Below, piece by piece: positions 44,222 to 52,778 of a stretch of 64,000 nt of DNA. The notes under the pieces were generated by a model. The model had not been told where the DNA came from. It worked only from the letters and a program-made list of their open reading frames with translations, and ran no database searches. The position numbers were made by a program, and so were the translations under genes. Each line of letters opens with the position of its first letter. Within the stretch, counting starts at the first letter, position 1. The stretch comes from Terriglobia bacterium. GTDB lineage: Bacteria > Acidobacteriota > Terriglobia > Acidiferrales > UBA7541. The stretch is taken from contig JAIQGG010000007.1 in NCBI GenBank assembly GCA_020072785.1, positions 9,995-73,994 of the forward strand, written 5' to 3'.

Positions 44222-45274
44222 CTATTTTGCGGCGGGCCTGCCGGGAGTGGTGTCGATCACGCGGGCGTAGTAGCCGCGGCGAGCGCGGACCTGTAGGCCC
44301 TTGCGGTCCACCACCTCGATTTTGATCTTGTGATACTTGCCGTTGGCCACGTAGTTGGTGGGGTTGTAGGCGAGCGAATACTGGTTGCGGAGCTCGTCGC
44401 CGATATCCTGGAAGGACTGGTCGAGATCGTCGACGTGATAGGGGAAGAAGGCGCGGCCGCCGGTCTCTTCGGCGATATCCTCGAGGATTTTGTCGCCGTC
44501 GGTCTTGGCAAACTTGCGATCGCCGGTCTTGGAGGGGTCGGTCTGGCTGAGGGAGACCCACTGCGTGCTGGTGCTGATGGTATAGATGACCACGCTGGTG
44601 CGCTGGGCCATTTCGATGGCTTCGGCGCGGGTATGTTCGGAGAGATTGTCCTCGCCGTCGCTGATGAGGATCATGACGCGGCGGACGACGTCGGGCTGGT
44701 CGCCGGGGGGGCGCGGGGGGTGGCTGAGTTCGTTGCTGCAGGCTGCGTAGATGGCGTCGTAGACGGCGGTGCCGCCACCGGCCTTCATCTTCATGATTTC
44801 GTCGCGCAGCCGCCCGGCGTCCTCGGTGAAGCCCTGCAGGACGTAGGGGCGGTCGTCGAAGGTCATGACGAAGGACTGGTCCTTGCCGCGGCGCAGGACG
44901 TTGTAGAGGAAGCCGACGGCGGCGTCCTTTTCAAACTGGATGCGCTCGCGGATGCTGTTGGAGGTGTCGAGCAGCATGCCGATGCGCAGTGGCAGATCGG
45001 TCTGGCGGCTGAAGTAGCGGATGTCCTGGGGCTTGCCGTCGTCGAAAACGCGGAAGCTGTCCTTGTCGAGGTCGGCGACGAGCTTGTTGCGGCGGTTGAG
45101 GACCGTAAAGAGGACGTCGACGAGGTTGATCTCGCGAGTGATGGCCTGGGCGGAGCGCTGCGGCGCGGGCTCCTGCGGCGGAGGAGGCGGCGGAGTCGGC
45201 TGCTGGGCGGAAGTGCCCGCCGCAGTGAGGAGAGCCGCGAGGAGAAGCAGGGGAAGGGCTTTGCGTCGCATCAT
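44222..45274 (-). CDS. secreted VWA-domain protein, acidobacterial VWFA type (TIGR03436-like)
   Basis: Signal peptide (ATG at 45274), ITREINLVDVLFTVLNRRNKLVADLDKDSFRVFDDGKPQ, MIDAS DTSNS, and a C-terminal YHKIKIEVVDRKGLQVRARRGYY. Confidence 0.85.
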   Translation of the reverse strand: MMRRKALPLLLLAALLTAAGTSAQQPTPPPPPPQEPAPQRSAQAITREINLVDVLFTVLNRRNKLVADLDKDSFRVFDDGKPQDIRYFSRQTDLPLRIGMLLDTSNSIRERIQFEKDAAVGFLYNVLRRGKDQSFVMTFDDRPYVLQGFTEDAGRLRDEIMKMKAGGGTAVYDAIYAACSNELSHPPRPPGDQPDVVRRVMILISDGEDNLSEHTRAEAIEMAQRTSVVIYTISTSTQWVSLSQTDPSKTGDRKFAKTDGDKILEDIAEETGGRAFFPYHVDDLDQSFQDIGDELRNQYSLAYNPTNYVANGKYHKIKIEVVDRKGLQVRARRGYYARVIDTTPGRPAAK

Positions 45275-45318
45275 GTTCCTGTGCACCTGAAAAGTATAGA
45301 GACGCGGCGGACGAAGCG

Positions 45319-46308
45319 TCAATGCGCGGCGTCCAGTTGTGCGTCCAGCCGCCGCGGGTCTTCGCCGGCGGCCGCGGCGAGCTGCCGCAGATAGCCGCGC
45401 AGCGCTTCCGGCAGCGGGGCGCGCACGTCGAGGGTCTCGCCGGTGCGCGGATGCGCGAAGACCAGGCGCGCGGCGTGCAGGAAATTGCGGCCCAGCGCGG
45501 GCAGCTCCGTCTTGCCGACATGCTCGCAGCGCTCCGCGCCGTACAGCGTGTCCCCCACGACGGGATGGCGCAGCGCGGAGAAGTGTACCCGAATCTGATG
45601 CGTTCTGCCCGTGTGCAGTTGCACTTCGACTAGAGTGCAGCCGCCGACGCGGGCCAGGACGCGCCAGTCGGTGCGGGCCTCGCGGGAGCGGCCGGCGGTC
45701 TTCTTGCGGGCGCTCATGCGCGTGCGCTGGCGGAGGTCGCGGCCGATGGCCATCTCGATGCGGCCGTGCTCCTGGGAGAGCTGGCCCTCGACGAGGGCCA
45801 CGTAGGTCTTGGAGATTTCGCGGCGCTGGAAGATGTCGCTGAGGCGGGCGTGGGCGAAATCGTTTTTGGCGACAATGATGGCGCCGGAGGTGTCCTTGTC
45901 GAGACGATGGACGATGCCCGGGCGAAGGATGCCGCCGCCCTTGGAGAGGGCCTGGCCGCGGCCGAGGAGGGCGTTGACGAGGGTGCCGCTGGGGTGGCCG
46001 GCGCCGGCGTGCACGATCATGCCCGCGGGCTTGTTGACCACGAGCAGATCGTCGTCTTCGTAAAGGATTTCGAGGGGGATGGATTCTGGCGCGGCGTGCG
46101 GGACGGGGCGGGGCTGTGGTTCGATCTCCACGCGCTCGGCGCCGCGCAGGCGCAGAGCGCCTTTGGCGGGAGCGCCGTTGACACGGACCAGGCCGGCTTC
46201 AATCAGCTCCTGGATGCGGGTGCGGCTGAGCTCTGGGATGCGGGCGGCAAGGTAGCGGTCGAGGCGGAGGCCCGCGTCTTCGGAGGCGACGAGGAATTGC
46301 TTTTTCAT
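45319..46308 (-). CDS. rluD: 23S rRNA pseudouridine synthase, RluD/RluA family
   Basis: S4-like N-terminus (RLDRYLAARIPELSRTRIQELI) and the HRLDKDTSG catalytic motif. The ATG at 46308 overlaps the lspA stop (ATGA). Confidence 0.9.
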   Translation of the reverse strand: MKKQFLVASEDAGLRLDRYLAARIPELSRTRIQELIEAGLVRVNGAPAKGALRLRGAERVEIEPQPRPVPHAAPESIPLEILYEDDDLLVVNKPAGMIVHAGAGHPSGTLVNALLGRGQALSKGGGILRPGIVHRLDKDTSGAIIVAKNDFAHARLSDIFQRREISKTYVALVEGQLSQEHGRIEMAIGRDLRQRTRMSARKKTAGRSREARTDWRVLARVGGCTLVEVQLHTGRTHQIRVHFSALRHPVVGDTLYGAERCEHVGKTELPALGRNFLHAARLVFAHPRTGETLDVRAPLPEALRGYLRQLAAAAGEDPRRLDAQLDAAH

Positions 46309-46820
46309 CCGGGATGTTTCCGCGCGGTTTCCGGTGCGGGGCGTCTGCCGCCGAAGAAGGCGTCGAGGAGGACCAGGGCGGCGCCGATGGTGATGGCGGA
46401 ATCGGCGACGTTGAAGGCGGGCCAGTGATAGGTGCCCAGCCAGACTTCGAGGAAGTCGGTGACCGCGCCATGGACAATGCGGTCGGTGAGGTTGCCGGTG
46501 GCGCCGCCGAGGAGCAATGCCAGGCCCGCGGCGGAGAGGCGGCCGCTGCTGCGGTCGGCGACGAGAAACCAGGCGAGCGCGCCAATGACCACGAGGGAGC
46601 CGGCGATGAGGGCGACGCGCAGCCAGGGCGAGGCGGTGCCGGAGAACATGCCGAAGGCGATGCCGGGATTGCGGCTGTGCACGAGATAGACAAAGTGGGG
46701 GAAAAGCTCGTGGCGGTAGCCTTCGGGCGTCTGGGTCTCGAACCAGGCCTTGGTGGCGCGGTCGGCGAGAACCACCGCGAGGGTGAGCCAGAGCCAGCGG
46801 AGGCGGGAAGTAAACGTCAT
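46305..46820 (-). CDS. lspA: lipoprotein signal peptidase II
   Basis: 171 aa, four TM segments, NPGIAFG and NVADSAITIGA motifs; conserved ileS-lspA order. Confidence 0.92.
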   Translation of the reverse strand: MTFTSRLRWLWLTLAVVLADRATKAWFETQTPEGYRHELFPHFVYLVHSRNPGIAFGMFSGTASPWLRVALIAGSLVVIGALAWFLVADRSSGRLSAAGLALLLGGATGNLTDRIVHGAVTDFLEVWLGTYHWPAFNVADSAITIGAALVLLDAFFGGRRPAPETARKHPG

Positions 46821-46833
46821 GAGATTCTCGGGG

Positions 46834-46874
46834 AAGAGAAAAGCAGATTCCTCGCTTCGCTCGGAATGACACTG
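46834..46874 (-). repeat. isolated copy of the GIY-YIG-associated repeat (reverse orientation) in the ileS-lspA spacer
   Basis: The reverse complement CAGTGTCATTCCGAGCGAAGCGAGGAATCTGCTTTTCTCTT matches the array core at about 37/41 positions (hand alignment). Confidence 0.75.
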
Positions 46875-46954
46875 AGGCGATGGAGGGTCAATTCAGTCAT
46901 GGGCGATGGGCCGTGGCACTCCAATGATGGTGCGTTGTAGCGCAAGTCAGTATG

Positions 46955-49807
46955 TCAGGTTACCGCTACGCTTGCGGGTCCCTGTCCCTCGATTTCGGCG
47001 AGGGCTTCGGTGCAGCGCTCGCAGACGGCCGGGTAGCGGGCGTTCTCGCCCACGTGCGTTGAGTAGTTCCAGCAGCGCTCGCATTTTTTGCCGTCGGCGC
47101 GCTCGATCTTGATGGCCAGGGCAGGGAGCAGTTCGCTCGCGGCCGCGCCCTCGGGCGCGGCGGCGGCGACCACGGCCTGGGAGACGATGAACAGCGCCGG
47201 GAGCTCCGCGTGCTTTTCCTCGAGCAACTTTTGCAGCGCGGCGGCTTCGCCTGCGGCGTGCAGGATCACTTTGGCTTCCAGCGACCCGCCGATCTGCTTG
47301 GCGGCGCGGGCCTGTTCGAGGGCGACGAGCACCGCGGCGCGGGCGCGCGCGAGTTGCGCCCACTTCTCGGCGGCTTCCTTGCTGATGCCGGAGGCCAGCG
47401 CGGCCGCTTCCGGGAAGAGGGCGATGTGCACGCTCGAGGGTTCGCCGGGCTGCTTGGGCAGATATTGCCAGATCTCCTCAGCAGTGAAGACGAGGATGGG
47501 GGTGAGCAGGCGCGTGAGGGCGCTGGCGATCTTGTAGATGGCGGTCTGCGCGGAACGCCGCGAAGCGCTCCGGGGGGCCTTGGTGTACAGGCGGTCCTTG
47601 AGGACGTCGAAATAGAAGGCGCTGAGGTCCACGACGCAGTAGTCGTGGATGGCGTGATAGACGCGGTGGAATTCGTAGGCGTCGTACCACTCGCGGCACT
47701 TCTGGACCAGCTCGGCGGTGCGCTCGAGCATCCAGCGGTCGATCTCCTCGAGCTGCTCGTTGGGGAGAGCATCGCGCGAGGGATCGAAGCCTCCGAGATT
47801 GCCGAGAGCGAAGCGGAAGGTGTTGCGGATCTTGCGGTAGGCCTCGGAGAGCTGGGTCATGACGCGGTCGGACATCTTCACGTCGGACTGGTATTCCTGG
47901 GAGGCGACCCACAGGCGCAGCAGGTCGGCGCCCCACTTCTCGCAGATCTCGCTGGGGAGGACGACATTGCCGAGGGATTTGGACATGGGGCGGCCGTGCT
48001 CGTCGAGGGTCCAGCCGTGGGTGACCACCTGGCGGTAGGGCGAATGGTGCTTGACGCCGACGCCGATGAGCAGCGAGCTGTGGAACCAGCCGCGATACTG
48101 GTCGGGGCCTTCGAGATAGACGTCGGCGGGCCATTCGCCCTTGCCGGTAAGCACGGCGAGGTGCGAGGAGCCGGAATCGAACCACACGTCGAGGATGTCG
48201 TTCTCTTTTTTCCATTGGGCGGCGCCGCAGGAACATGTGGTTCCGGCGGGGAGCAGCTCTTCCGGCGAGTGGCGGTACCAGGCGTCGGCGCCCTCTTTTT
48301 CGAACCACTTTACGACGTTGCGCAGGGCGGCAAAATCCGCGAGCTGCTTGCCGCAGGCTGCGCAGAAGAAAACGATGATGGGCACGCCCCAGAAACGCTG
48401 GCGGGAGACGCACCAGTCGGGGCGCTCGGCGATCATCTCGTGGATGCGCTCTTCGCCCCAGGAGGGGATCCACTTGACGCGATGGATCTCTTCGAGGGCT
48501 TCCTGGCGCAAGGTTTTGGAAGAGCCGTGCGCGGCCTGGTCCATCTTGATGAACCACTGCTCGGTGGCGCGGAAGATGACGGGATTGTGGCAGCGCCAGC
48601 AGTGCGGGTAGCTGTGCTTGTACTCGGCATGGCCGAGCAGCGCGCCGCGCGCGCCGAGAAGCTTGACGATAACGGGGTTGGCGGCGAAGACATCCTTGCC
48701 CTTGTACTCGGGGAGGCCTTCGAGGAAGACGCCCTGGTCGTCGAGCGGGGCGTGAGTCTCCAGGCCGTAGCGCTGGCCGGTGAAGAAGTCGTCGGCGCCG
48801 TGGCCCGGCGCGGTGTGCACGATGCCGCTGCCCTGATCGAGGGTGACGTAGTCGGCGAGAACGCCGGGAACCTCGAGGGGGAGGAAGGGATGCTGAAAAT
48901 GCACGCCTTCGAGGTCGCGGCCCTTGTAAGTGGCGCGAACCCTGGCTTCCCGAATGCCGCATTCGATCTGAAAAGCGGCAACGCGCTCGGCGGCGAGGAG
49001 GAAGACGCCGCGCTCGGTCTCGACGATGGCGTATTCAAAATCGGGATGAAAGGCCAGACCGCGGTTGTGGGGCAGCGTCCAGGGGGTAGTGGTCCAGATG
49101 ATGGCGCTGACTTCCTTGCCGATGGCTTCGGTGCCGCCCTTGCGGCCGTCGACGACAGCGAATTTCACCCACACGGAGGGGCTGACGTGATCTTCGTATT
49201 CGACTTCGGCTTCGGCGAGCGCCGTGCGGTCGTGGATGCACCAGTAAACGGGTTTGCGGCCGCGATAGACGTAGCCCTTTTCGATGAAGTCGAGGAAGGC
49301 CCCGGCGATGGTGGCCTCGTACTGATTGCTCATGGTCAAGTAGGGTTCTTCCCAGCGTCCGAAGACGCCGAGGCGCTTGAAGTCGCGGCGGTGCTGATCG
49401 ACGTAGCGCGTGGCGTATTCCCGGCAGAGGCGCCGGAATTCCGCCGGAGCAACCTTTCCTTTGCCCCCGAGCTCCTTTTCCACCTGGGTCTCGATGGGCA
49501 GGCCGTGGCAATCCCAGCCGGGGATGTAGGGGGCCTGGAAGCCGGCCATGTTCTTGGACTTGACGATCATGTCCTTGAGGATCTTGTTCAGACCGGTGCC
49601 GAGATGAATGGTGCCGGTGGGATAAGGGGGGCCGTCGTGCAGGACGAAGAGGGGGCGGTCCTTGCGGGCGGCAAGGATCTGCTCGTAGAGATGGACCTGC
49701 TGCCAGGCGGCCAGCTGCCTGGGTTCGTTGAGGGGCAGGCCGGCCTTCATGGGGAAGTCGGTCCTGGGCAGGTTGATCGTCTTTTTCAGTTCGAGCGGGT
49801 CGGCCAT
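46955..49807 (-). CDS. ileS: isoleucyl-tRNA synthetase
   Basis: 950 aa; PPYPTGTIHLGTGLN (HIGH region), the PMSKSLGN (KMSKS) loop, and C-terminal Zn-binding CERCWNY...CERC. ATG at 49807. Confidence 0.97.
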   Translation of the reverse strand: MADPLELKKTINLPRTDFPMKAGLPLNEPRQLAAWQQVHLYEQILAARKDRPLFVLHDGPPYPTGTIHLGTGLNKILKDMIVKSKNMAGFQAPYIPGWDCHGLPIETQVEKELGGKGKVAPAEFRRLCREYATRYVDQHRRDFKRLGVFGRWEEPYLTMSNQYEATIAGAFLDFIEKGYVYRGRKPVYWCIHDRTALAEAEVEYEDHVSPSVWVKFAVVDGRKGGTEAIGKEVSAIIWTTTPWTLPHNRGLAFHPDFEYAIVETERGVFLLAAERVAAFQIECGIREARVRATYKGRDLEGVHFQHPFLPLEVPGVLADYVTLDQGSGIVHTAPGHGADDFFTGQRYGLETHAPLDDQGVFLEGLPEYKGKDVFAANPVIVKLLGARGALLGHAEYKHSYPHCWRCHNPVIFRATEQWFIKMDQAAHGSSKTLRQEALEEIHRVKWIPSWGEERIHEMIAERPDWCVSRQRFWGVPIIVFFCAACGKQLADFAALRNVVKWFEKEGADAWYRHSPEELLPAGTTCSCGAAQWKKENDILDVWFDSGSSHLAVLTGKGEWPADVYLEGPDQYRGWFHSSLLIGVGVKHHSPYRQVVTHGWTLDEHGRPMSKSLGNVVLPSEICEKWGADLLRLWVASQEYQSDVKMSDRVMTQLSEAYRKIRNTFRFALGNLGGFDPSRDALPNEQLEEIDRWMLERTAELVQKCREWYDAYEFHRVYHAIHDYCVVDLSAFYFDVLKDRLYTKAPRSASRRSAQTAIYKIASALTRLLTPILVFTAEEIWQYLPKQPGEPSSVHIALFPEAAALASGISKEAAEKWAQLARARAAVLVALEQARAAKQIGGSLEAKVILHAAGEAAALQKLLEEKHAELPALFIVSQAVVAAAAPEGAAASELLPALAIKIERADGKKCERCWNYSTHVGENARYPAVCERCTEALAEIEGQGPASVAVT

Positions 49808-50016
49808 CGGCGTCAGTGTTTTCTCAGTCCCTTCGTCACCCGTACCCAGGTCCAGTGATACGGTGGGCACATCGGTCAGCAGTGTAAATGCGTATGTTAC
49901 AATGATCTTTGGCTGGTGTCAGCCGATTCGCTCGTGCAACCCAGCACGGCTGGGGCGAATCGAAAGAAATTACAAGCACTCGAATGGGGCTTGGCGCGTC
50001 TAACTGAGGGAGAACG

Positions 50017-51270
50017 GTGCCGGAATCTTTTACCAATCTGTTGCCGCCGGATCTAAAGAGGCCGAAAGTGTCCTCGCCGGGCGCGTCGAACGCGACGAAT
50101 GGTCCCGTGCCGGCGTCGGCGGTGCCTCGGTTCGGACCGCCCGCCCATCTGATCCTCGACAACTTCTGGTCCAATTTCCGCGATTTCCTGCTGGAGCGTC
50201 CGGCGAAGCTAGGGCCGGCGCGCGCGGGCACACCCTTCCGGCAGATGAGCTTCGGTGGCGGGGTCTTCGAGAATCTCAAGGATTTTCTGAGCAGCAAGCC
50301 GGCGCTGCCGCGGACGGCGGGCACGAGCCGGCTGGAAGTGAACTGGGGCTCGGGTTTCGGCAGCTTCGGACAGCGGGTGAAGGAAGCGTTCTTCCCGCCG
50401 CAGTTGCCGCCGCTGAAGGTGACCAGCCAGCCGGTCAAGGTCAAGGACATCTGGTCAAAGGACGAGAATTTCGGGCGCACCCAGGCGATTTCCATCGGGC
50501 TGCACGTCGCGGTGATCCTGCTGCTGCTGGTGCCGATCGTCGGCAACATGATGCCGGAAACCACGCAGGCCAACACGAAATTTGATGTCACGCCGCTGGA
50601 CATCTCTCCCTACATTTCGAAGCTGCCCGCGGGCGCAAACAAGGCCGGCGGTGGCGGTGGCGGAGGCGACCGCTCGCACCTGCCGCCGACGAAGGGCAAG
50701 GCGCCGCGCTTTGCCATGACGCAGTTCACGCCACCCTCGGCGACAATCAAGAACCCGCATCCCAAGCTGCCGATGGACCCTGCGTTGCTGGGACCGCCGG
50801 AATTGAAGGTGGCGAATCCGGTGCTCTCGAATTACGGGGATCCGCTGGCGGCCACGGTGAATCTCTCGAATGGGCCGGGCGGGGGCAGCGGTATCGGGAC
50901 GGGAGAAGGCGGCGGGATCGGCTCGGGTGAAGGCGGGGGGCTGGGCCCCGGCTCGGGCGGCGGCACGGGCGGCGGAGCGTTTCGCGCCGGAGTGAACGGC
51001 GTCGGGATTCCCGTGTGCCTGTATTGCCCGGACCCGCAGTATTCGGAAGAGGCGCGCAAGGCCAAGTATATGGGCTCCGTCGTGCTGCAGGTGATCATCA
51101 CCGCGGACGGCCGGGCCACGAACATCACCGTCGTGAAGGGCCCCGGACTGGGCCTGGAAGAAGAAGCGATCAAGGCCGTGAAGGGCTGGCGCTTCAAGCC
51201 GGCCGTGGGACCGAGCGGCAAACCCGTGCCGGTGATCGTACCGATCGAAGTCACCTTCCGGCTCTTCTAA
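50017..51270 (+). CDS. TonB-family energy transducer with a long Gly/Pro-rich linker
   Basis: C-terminal TonB domain (YSEEARKAKYMGSVVLQVIITADGRATNITVVKGPGLGLEEEAIKAVKGWRFKPA), one TM helix (ISIGLHVAVILLLLVPIV), GTG start. Confidence 0.8.
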   Translation: MPESFTNLLPPDLKRPKVSSPGASNATNGPVPASAVPRFGPPAHLILDNFWSNFRDFLLERPAKLGPARAGTPFRQMSFGGGVFENLKDFLSSKPALPRTAGTSRLEVNWGSGFGSFGQRVKEAFFPPQLPPLKVTSQPVKVKDIWSKDENFGRTQAISIGLHVAVILLLLVPIVGNMMPETTQANTKFDVTPLDISPYISKLPAGANKAGGGGGGGDRSHLPPTKGKAPRFAMTQFTPPSATIKNPHPKLPMDPALLGPPELKVANPVLSNYGDPLAATVNLSNGPGGGSGIGTGEGGGIGSGEGGGLGPGSGGGTGGGAFRAGVNGVGIPVCLYCPDPQYSEEARKAKYMGSVVLQVIITADGRATNITVVKGPGLGLEEEAIKAVKGWRFKPAVGPSGKPVPVIVPIEVTFRLF

Positions 51271-51324
51271 CACTCTTCGGATCGAATCTCTCACGCAACC
51301 AGTAGTAAGAACTGCGGTTGCCAA

Positions 51325-51813
51325 TCATCGGCCGGTCATCGGACGATCCTCACGCTCAATCCGGAAGTCGTAGCATCCCGCCTCTGTGTCACGAACCTGA
51401 ATGTAATCCACATCCACACGTGTGAATAGCTCTTCGACAACCCCTTCGAGCCTGCCATCCGTCACGAACTCCCGCGCCAGAAGCCGCCGGCCGCGGCCAT
51501 AGGCGTTGAGCGTCAGCGGATGCGAGCGCAGGTCCTCCGGAAAGCCGGCATCCTCTGGATAACGGTCGCAGGCTTCGGCATGTATGAAAACAGGCCCCGG
51601 CAGGGGAAGACGCTCGATCTCTTCGAAAGGGTCATAGGTAAACAGAATTCGGCGGTCAACACCGACAGTGAATGTGCGCAGGCAATGCCGGCACGGCCCG
51701 TGTCCGCTGGCTGTCTCGGTATGCGCTGGGTGCCCATAACCGGGCGAGCGCAGCGTCGTACGCACGGCGTTCACCGTTCTTGTCGGAATGGCCACAACTC
51801 GGAATGAACTCAT
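51325..51813 (-). CDS. DUF1203 family protein
   Basis: [10 protein letters not shown]..., GPCRHCL, GPVFIH, LNAYG and GCYDFRIER follow the DUF1203 pattern as I remember it. ATG at 51813. Confidence 0.7.
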   Translation of the reverse strand: MSSFRVVAIPTRTVNAVRTTLRSPGYGHPAHTETASGHGPCRHCLRTFTVGVDRRILFTYDPFEEIERLPLPGPVFIHAEACDRYPEDAGFPEDLRSHPLTLNAYGRGRRLLAREFVTDGRLEGVVEELFTRVDVDYIQVRDTEAGCYDFRIEREDRPMTGR

Positions 51814-51988
51814 GTTGCACCCCTCGCCTGATCTTGGAACTCTCGGCCGCCGCTCGGCATGGCCGGCCAGGCCAAGCATGAAGCACAGGCGGTATTCGTT
51901 CTATCCGGAATCTGCTCCCAAATTCGGAGAGCGCAGCCCGGGAGTCTTCTGCGGTACCATGGTCGGGACCGAAGGGCAGTCGCTGGTC

Positions 51989-52771
51989 ATGGCCTTCCTG
52001 CACAAAGCCCGCCGCAACGACTCTTTCTGTGACCGCGAAGCGGTCAACTCTCCCGAAGAAAAGAGCGCCGATTCCGTCTTTCACGTACACGGGATCACCA
52101 AGATCTACCGCATGGGCGAAGTGGAAGTGCCGGCGCTGTGCGGCGTGGACCTGGACCTTTATCCCGGGGAGTTCGTGGTGCTGCTGGGGCCGTCGGGGAG
52201 CGGGAAATCGACACTGCTGAATATCCTGGGCGGACTGGACGTGCCGAGCAGCGGCGAAGTCTTCTACCGCGACCACAATCTCACCACCGCGGACACCGAG
52301 GAGCTGACGCGCTACCGGCGCGAACACGTCGGCTTCGTCTTCCAGTTCTACAACCTGATACCGAGCCTGACGGCGCTGGAGAACACGGCGCTGGTGACGG
52401 AGATCGCGGAAAACCCGATGGACCCGGAAGAGTGTCTGCGGATGGTGGGGTTGGGCGACCGGTTGCAGCACTTTCCGGCGCAGCTTTCCGGCGGGGAACA
52501 GCAGCGCGTGGCCATTGCGCGGGCAGTGGTGAAGCGGCCGGAGGTACTGCTGTGCGACGAGCCCACCGGGGCGCTGGACTACGCCACGGGCAAGCTGGTG
52601 CTGGACGTGCTGGAGCGCGTGAACCGCGAGTTGCACACGATCACCGTGGTGATCACGCACAACGCCGCCATCGCGGCGATGGCCGACCGCGTGATCCGCA
52701 TCAGCAGCGGGCGCATCGTGGAGATCCGGCGCAACGAGAAGAAGGCTACGCCGGCGGAGCTGGCGTGGTGA
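51989..52771 (+). CDS. ABC transporter ATP-binding protein (MacB/LolD-like)
   Basis: Walker [10 protein letters not shown], signature [12 protein letters not shown], Walker B LLCDEPT. The start is uncertain: the first usable in-frame start codon upstream of the conserved ITKIY strand is the ATG at 51989, giving a ~30-aa extension that contains a repeat element. Confidence 0.85.
   Translation: MAFLHKARRNDSFCDREAVNSPEEKSADSVFHVHGITKIYRMGEVEVPALCGVDLDLYPGEFVVLLGPSGSGKSTLLNILGGLDVPSSGEVFYRDHNLTTADTEELTRYRREHVGFVFQFYNLIPSLTALENTALVTEIAENPMDPEECLRMVGLGDRLQHFPAQLSGGEQQRVAIARAVVKRPEVLLCDEPTGALDYATGKLVLDVLERVNRELHTITVVITHNAAIAAMADRVIRISSGRIVEIRRNEKKATPAELAW
52021..52050 (+). repeat. dispersed palindromic element, copy 3 (CTCTTTCTGTGACCGCGAAGCGGTCAACTC)
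   Basis: Same palindrome TGACCGC-NNN-GCGGTCA and flanks as copies 1 and 2. Located inside the putative 5' extension of the ABC ATPase gene. Confidence 0.65.
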
Positions 52772-52778
52772 GGCGGTC

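Noticed and set aside
45319-46872. 517-aa ORF as drawn in the track (rluD with a 188-aa N-terminal extension)
   Set aside because: The extension overlaps lspA out of frame and starts inside a repeat copy (MSFRAKRGICFS). The ATG at 46308, with ATGA coupling to lspA, gives a normal-length RluD.
47210-49858. 882-aa plus-strand ORF
   Set aside because: It is antisense to ileS and is the same kind of shadow ORF. The ileS frame has unmistakable motifs.
49808-50016. T-box or other known leader upstream of ileS
   Set aside because: I could not recognise a specifier loop, a T-box sequence or a terminator/antiterminator pair. Only a nested hairpin is present, and it is reported separately as low interest.
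51890-51918. Possible further degenerate copy of the GIY-YIG-associated repeat (GGTATTCGTTCTATCCGGAATCTGCTCCC)
   Set aside because: Only the GGAATCTGCT segment matches well and the 5' half is poorly conserved. That is too weak to call without a statistical alignment.
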